This document shows, piece after piece, positions 30,592 to 34,500 of a stretch of DNA of 34,500 bases (its first letter is position 1; each line of letters begins with the position of its first letter). Origin of the DNA: Myxococcota bacterium (GTDB taxonomy: Bacteria; Myxococcota; JACRCW01); contig JBFMGU010000107.1 in the NCBI GenBank assembly GCA_040752415.1, positions 1-34,500 on the forward strand. Reading direction: 5' to 3'. Position numbers and translations under genes: made by a program. The notes under the pieces are model-generated. The model worked only from the letters and a program-made list of their open reading frames with translations. It made no database searches and had not been told where the DNA came from.

Positions 30592-30833
30592 TTCCCGTCA
30601 GCAGGGATTCCGCGCAACGTTCCCCGCGTGGTGCACAAACGGTGGAAGCGCGCCACGTCGGGGAATGCCTCGCTCCCGCACGATGTTGATGCGCGGACAC
30701 GCCGCCGCGTGACAGTCCGTCAGGGCCGCGGTGGTGCGCGCGTCATCATGTCGACGAGCAGGAGCGCGCACTGCGCACCACAGTGCGGTCTGCGGGTCAC
30801 CGGGCTGGTGGGTGGAAGAAAAATGCGAGGAGA

Positions 30834-30886
30834 ATCAACGTCGCGCTGTTGATCCGTTGCGTTTTGGTTGCACGCACTCCGTGCAA
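30834..30886. promoter_or_regulatory. Two adjacent inverted repeats, candidate operators upstream of higA
   Basis: ATCAAC-N8-GTTGAT (30834-30853) and TTGCACG-N5-CGTGCAA (30868-30886) in an AT-richer patch. Confidence 0.4.
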
Positions 30887-31134
30887 TCGATACGTCAAGG
30901 TTCGAGGCTTCCTGCATCACTGCCACGTTGTGGAGCGCAGCGGGAGGTTCCTTACCACGCCACATCCACATGACCTGGTGCCACCAACATCCCGGCCATG
31001 TGGTCACGGGAGCGCGAGGCCGCGCTCGTCGCCATCAAACCCAGGCACGCGACTGAAGCGACGCCGGTGCGCGCGCCATGTCCTGACCTGTTGGTCGTAC
31101 GGACGCCTCGTCCTGGAACGCCAAGGAGAAACCC

Positions 31135-31530
31135 ATGCAGCCAGACAACAGCATCGAGCCCAGCAACCCCAGCAGCAACGGGCAGACCCAGACGTCCGCC
31201 GATCAGCCGCCCATGGCGCAGATGATGGAGAAGCCCGACGGCAAGGTGGACAAGCAGCTGCCCTGCCATCCCGGTGATGTGCTCATCAACAAGTTCCTGA
31301 CGCCGCTGGGGCTCACCCAAGGCGCGTTTGCCAAGCACATCGGGGTTCCCGTGCAGCGCGTGAACGAGATTGTCCACGGAAAGCGCGGCGTGACGCCGGA
31401 GACCGCGTGGTTGTTCGCCCAGGCGTTCGGCACCACCCCGGAGTACTGGGCCAACCTGCAGATGGCCTATGACCTGGCCCGTCACCAACCGGACCGTCGG
31501 GTGGAGCGGGTGCGCGGCATCAACAACTGA
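31135..31530 (+). CDS. higA: HigA/VapI family HTH-XRE antitoxin (orphan)
   Basis: AAGGAG RBS; HPGDVLINKFLTPLGLTQ..FAKHIGVPVQRVNEIVHGKRGVTPETAWLFAQAFGTTPEYWANLQMAYDL. Confidence 0.93.
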   Translation: MQPDNSIEPSNPSSNGQTQTSADQPPMAQMMEKPDGKVDKQLPCHPGDVLINKFLTPLGLTQGAFAKHIGVPVQRVNEIVHGKRGVTPETAWLFAQAFGTTPEYWANLQMAYDLARHQPDRRVERVRGINN

Positions 31531-31544
31531 TCGGAACCATCCCT

Positions 31545-31592
31545 GGCGGCGCGCAGTGGGCAGAGGTTGCTTGCTGCGCGCCGTTCGTTTTT
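31545..31592 (+). terminator. Rho-independent terminator after higA
   Basis: Stem GGCGGCGCGCAG/CTGCGCGCCGTT with G-U-extended inner stem, followed by CGTTTTT. Confidence 0.7.
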
Positions 31593-31791
31593 GTCGACGA
31601 GGAATCAGCAGTTCCCGTGCCCCCCGCCCGGCTTGAGGCAGAGCGGCCCGACGTGGGTCCTCCGCGGATAACCGCTGCGCTGAGAGAACCTGCAGGCCGG
31701 GCACGGGCAGCGGCACGAGCACGGGCGGCGCTTCTGGAACTCTCGAACACACCTTCAGTCCAGCGGCGGCGGAGACAACGGAAACGCAAGG

Positions 31792-32283
31792 TCAGGAACG
31801 CGCGCGCGGCGCCAGGCGGCCCACCAGGGGACGGAGCAGCAGGTAGAGGACGCTGCCCATCAGCGGCGCCACCAGCAGCCACGCGGCAATGGCGTAACCC
31901 ACGGTGGTGGCCACCACGCGCACGGCGCGCTCTCCGTCGACGCTGGCCAGCTCCACCAGCTCCTCGGGAGAAGCGGCGAGCGGCGGTGCGTCAAACAGGA
32001 TCTCACCCGCGCGCAGGAGCGGGATGAACAGGATGAGCTGCAGCGGACCGGCAAGCTGGTTGGCCACCTGCGTGACCACCATGTTGAGTCGGAGCGCGGC
32101 GGCCAGCATCACGGAGAGCACCACCGTGGCGCCCACCACGGGAAACACGCCCACGCACACGCCCAGCACCACGCTGAGGGTCAGCTTCTCCGGCGTCAGT
32201 CCCTCCGCCAGCAGGGCCGCCACCCTTCGCGCGAGCGAGGGGGAGTCCTTTCCACCGGGGACGGGGGTTGCGGGCTTCTTCAT
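31792..32283 (-). CDS. DUF2062 domain membrane protein
   Basis: GLTPEKLTLSVVLGVCVGVFPVVG, LRLN....QVAN...PLQLILFIP.LR.GE motifs; ATG 32283 preferred to the upstream extension. Confidence 0.82.
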   Translation of the reverse strand: MKKPATPVPGGKDSPSLARRVAALLAEGLTPEKLTLSVVLGVCVGVFPVVGATVVLSVMLAAALRLNMVVTQVANQLAGPLQLILFIPLLRAGEILFDAPPLAASPEELVELASVDGERAVRVVATTVGYAIAAWLLVAPLMGSVLYLLLRPLVGRLAPRARS

Positions 32284-32420
32284 GGCGTGTCGTCGGAAAA
32301 CGGGGTCGGGCCAAGCGCGGCGGAATGGTGGCGCGCTACCCGTTGTCATATTGACGCCTCGACGGGCGGGCAACCGTCGCGCCCCCGCACCAGCATCGCG
32401 GATGTCGTGGATTGACGTCG

Positions 32421-33206
32421 CTACGGTTTGCTCAGCGTGTCCAGCATCCTGCGCGCGCGCGCCTTCTCGTGCTGATTCCATGCGCGCACTTCCGGGTCGG
32501 CGGCGGGCGGCGCATCCAGCACTTCACGCAGCAGGGCCGTGGCGGCAGCGGTGTCGCCTTGACGGATCTTCAGCTCCGCCCAGAAGACCTTGGTGGCGGC
32601 AAACTCCGGAGCGGTCTTGAGCGCCTTGCGGAAATGCTCCTCGGCGTCGGCGAGGCTCTTGCCCTGCATCCGTACCAGCAGGTCGGGGGTGCGGGTGATG
32701 ACCACGGCGCGGTAGCGGTCGGTGCCACCCCAGCTGTAGCCCGGCTGCAATGCGTCCACCTTCTTGATGAGCCCCTGCAGCGTCGGGAGCTGCCACGCGC
32801 TGGAGGTGATGCCCTTCAGCTCGGCGATCTTGGCGCGGTTGACGGCGTCCCAGTAGTAGCCGCCCGGCAACTCCGGCCCCAGCCTCTGCGCTTCCACGCC
32901 CGCGTTCATCCCCCGTGCGAAGGTGCGCTCCAGCGCCTCCCTGCCCGCCCCCGCCACCTCCATGCGCAAACCCAGCCAGTACGCTGCCTGCGCCACCATC
33001 ACGTGCGCCGGGGCGCTCTTCGGAGCGGCGGCCACCCACGCCTCGGCGGCGGCCAGCACCTTCTCGCCATTGGACACCTCCAGGGTGCGGGACAGCCACG
33101 CGGCACGCGCATCACGCTCCGCCTGCTCGACCGCGCCGGCATTGAGCGCGCCAGCGTCGGGCGGTGACTGGGTTGCCAGACTCAACACGAGCAGCGCCAA
33201 GACCAC
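32421..33206 (-). CDS. Secreted TPR-like helical protein (TRAP transporter TatT-like)
   Basis: AGGAGG RBS; signal peptide; GYYW.A...A..AELKG, LQPGYSWGG..R, AEEHFRKALKTAPEF. Family assignment tentative. Confidence 0.7.
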   Translation of the reverse strand: MVLALLVLSLATQSPPDAGALNAGAVEQAERDARAAWLSRTLEVSNGEKVLAAAEAWVAAAPKSAPAHVMVAQAAYWLGLRMEVAGAGREALERTFARGMNAGVEAQRLGPELPGGYYWDAVNRAKIAELKGITSSAWQLPTLQGLIKKVDALQPGYSWGGTDRYRAVVITRTPDLLVRMQGKSLADAEEHFRKALKTAPEFAATKVFWAELKIRQGDTAAATALLREVLDAPPAADPEVRAWNQHEKARARRMLDTLSKP

Positions 33207-33256
33207 ATCCGCCTCCTGGCCCGCGTTCTACGCAACCCCGGCACGCGGAGCAGCCA

Positions 33257-34474
33257 TCACGGCATCCGGGGCGGGAACACGGGGGCCTGGTAGCGCAGCA
33301 CGGTGCCCCCGCGACCCACGGCCCACACGTTGTCGGCGGAATTCCCGTCGACGGCGAGCAGACCGCAGCAGCTGTTGCCGCTGGCGCCCTTGAGGAGCTG
33401 CGTGCCCAGCACGCCAATGAACGCGGAGGTGGCCAGGTCGCGCTTGCTGACGGCGTAGGTCCACTCCGAGCCGTTCCAGTGCTGGATCTCCGTGGTGTCC
33501 AGGAACGCGTCCTTCCCCACGGCCCAGATGTCTTCCTTGGCGGTGCCCCAGAGCGCGGAGACCTGCAGGTTGTCGGCGGCATTGCGCGACCACCCGGTCC
33601 CGTCGAAGTGGTACACGCCGGTGCTGGCGGCCACGTAGATGTCGTCGCTGGCCAGTCCCCAGATGGAGCGCGCGCCCTCCACGTTGACGTTGGTCTGCTC
33701 CACCCACGTGCCGGCCTGGTAACGCAGCACCGCCTTGTCGCCGATGCCCCAGATGTCCTGCGTGCCGGAGACCCAGAGGCGGGTGGGTTTGGGCTTGTTG
33801 GGATCCTCGGACTGGCGCGTGCCGCAGTCGGAGCAGTCCGTCCCCAGCGCGCACGCGGTGGTGCGGGAGCCGGAGCCGCCGTCGTCGCAGGAGGTGTCGT
33901 AGGCCCAGGTGCAGCTGTTGGTGCACAGGTTCACCACGCTGGAGCTGCCCACGGTGGCCTTGAAGTAGACGTCCTGGCCGTTGATGCGCGGCCCGTCGGT
34001 GTCCAGCTCCAGCACGCAGTTCTCGCTGAGCACCCAGACCTGGTTGGCCGACTGCCCGAACACGTCCTGGAACGGCGCGCACTGGGTGAACACGTCGTTC
34101 ACGCCGGAGAAGACGTTGCGCATGGGCTGCCACTCGGTCCCGTCGAAGTGGCAGATGTCCCCGCCCACCACCCACGCGTCATTGGCGGCGGAAGCCCAGA
34201 GCGCGCGCGGCGGGTTGCTGGCGCGGTTGAGGCCGCCAGATTCGGAGCACGGGAGGTCGTCGTTGATCCAGCTGCTGCCGTTCCAGGAGAACACGGTGCC
34301 GTCCGCCTGCAGCACCCACACCGCGCCGTCGACGACGGAGAGGTCCACGTAGTCGGACGTGGTGGGGGACTCCATGCGCACCCAGTTGTCCTTGTCGGTC
34401 TCCGCGCTGCCGCAGGCGGTGAGACACGCCACCCCGACGAGAAACACGCAAGAGAAGCGGGCTTCAGTAGTCAT
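33257..34474 (-). CDS. Lipoprotein with 'WGxxxxDVWAVG' beta-propeller repeats and an inserted Cys-rich module
   Basis: GGAGG RBS; lipobox LTAC; repeats LWASAANDAWVVG, VFGQSANQVWV, IWGLASDDIYVA, LWGTAKEDIWAVG, VDGNSADNVWAVG; HFDGT.W. Confidence 0.85.
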   Translation of the reverse strand: MTTEARFSCVFLVGVACLTACGSAETDKDNWVRMESPTTSDYVDLSVVDGAVWVLQADGTVFSWNGSSWINDDLPCSESGGLNRASNPPRALWASAANDAWVVGGDICHFDGTEWQPMRNVFSGVNDVFTQCAPFQDVFGQSANQVWVLSENCVLELDTDGPRINGQDVYFKATVGSSSVVNLCTNSCTWAYDTSCDDGGSGSRTTACALGTDCSDCGTRQSEDPNKPKPTRLWVSGTQDIWGIGDKAVLRYQAGTWVEQTNVNVEGARSIWGLASDDIYVAASTGVYHFDGTGWSRNAADNLQVSALWGTAKEDIWAVGKDAFLDTTEIQHWNGSEWTYAVSKRDLATSAFIGVLGTQLLKGASGNSCCGLLAVDGNSADNVWAVGRGGTVLRYQAPVFPPRMP

Positions 34475-34500
34475 ACTTGGGCTCCTCCGGAGTGGGCGGG

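Noticed and set aside
30720..30765. Minus-strand LLLVDMMTRAPPRP* as a possible displaced 3' end of DUF2062 (LLLRPLVGRLAPRARS*), which would bracket higA
   Set aside because: Only about 23/42 nt identity in GC-rich DNA and the stop is not aligned; not distinguishable from chance without a statistical test.
30783..31277. ORFs upstream of and overlapping higA as a candidate HigB toxin
   Set aside because: No RelE/HigB motifs, poor codon bias, and large overlaps with higA.
31701..31730. Degenerate GCACGG/GCAGCG hexamer run between higA and DUF2062
   Set aside because: Short low-complexity sequence with no spacers or second copy; not a CRISPR array or supported gene.

Overview
Very GC-rich bacterial DNA whose gene content (giant TPR protein, Cys-rich lipoproteins, lipoprotein alpha-2-macroglobulin) suggests a Myxococcota-like organism; this assignment is inference. 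About 18 CDSs, mostly cell-envelope related: a ~4450-aa TPR protein, a Uma2-family endonuclease, a GT-C-like membrane glycosyltransferase, DUF2625, a beta-propeller/di-heme cytochrome c lipoprotein, several Cys-rich or repeat lipoproteins, mlaF-mlaD without mlaE, an alpha/beta hydrolase, an alpha-2-macroglobulin with intact CxEQ, an orphan HigA, DUF2062 and a TatT-like helical protein. No rRNA, tRNA, CRISPR array, integrase or transposase was recognised. The main observation occurs twice: a block of accessory genes sits between a host gene's stop codon and a diverged, mostly synonymously substituted second copy of that gene's last ~15-17 codons. These are the TPR end 13870-13917 vs 14573-14620 around Uma2, and the GT-C end 16146-16196 vs 20337-20387 around a 4.1-kb four-gene block. 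This points to gene acquisition by 3'-end replacement with no recombinase gene nearby.
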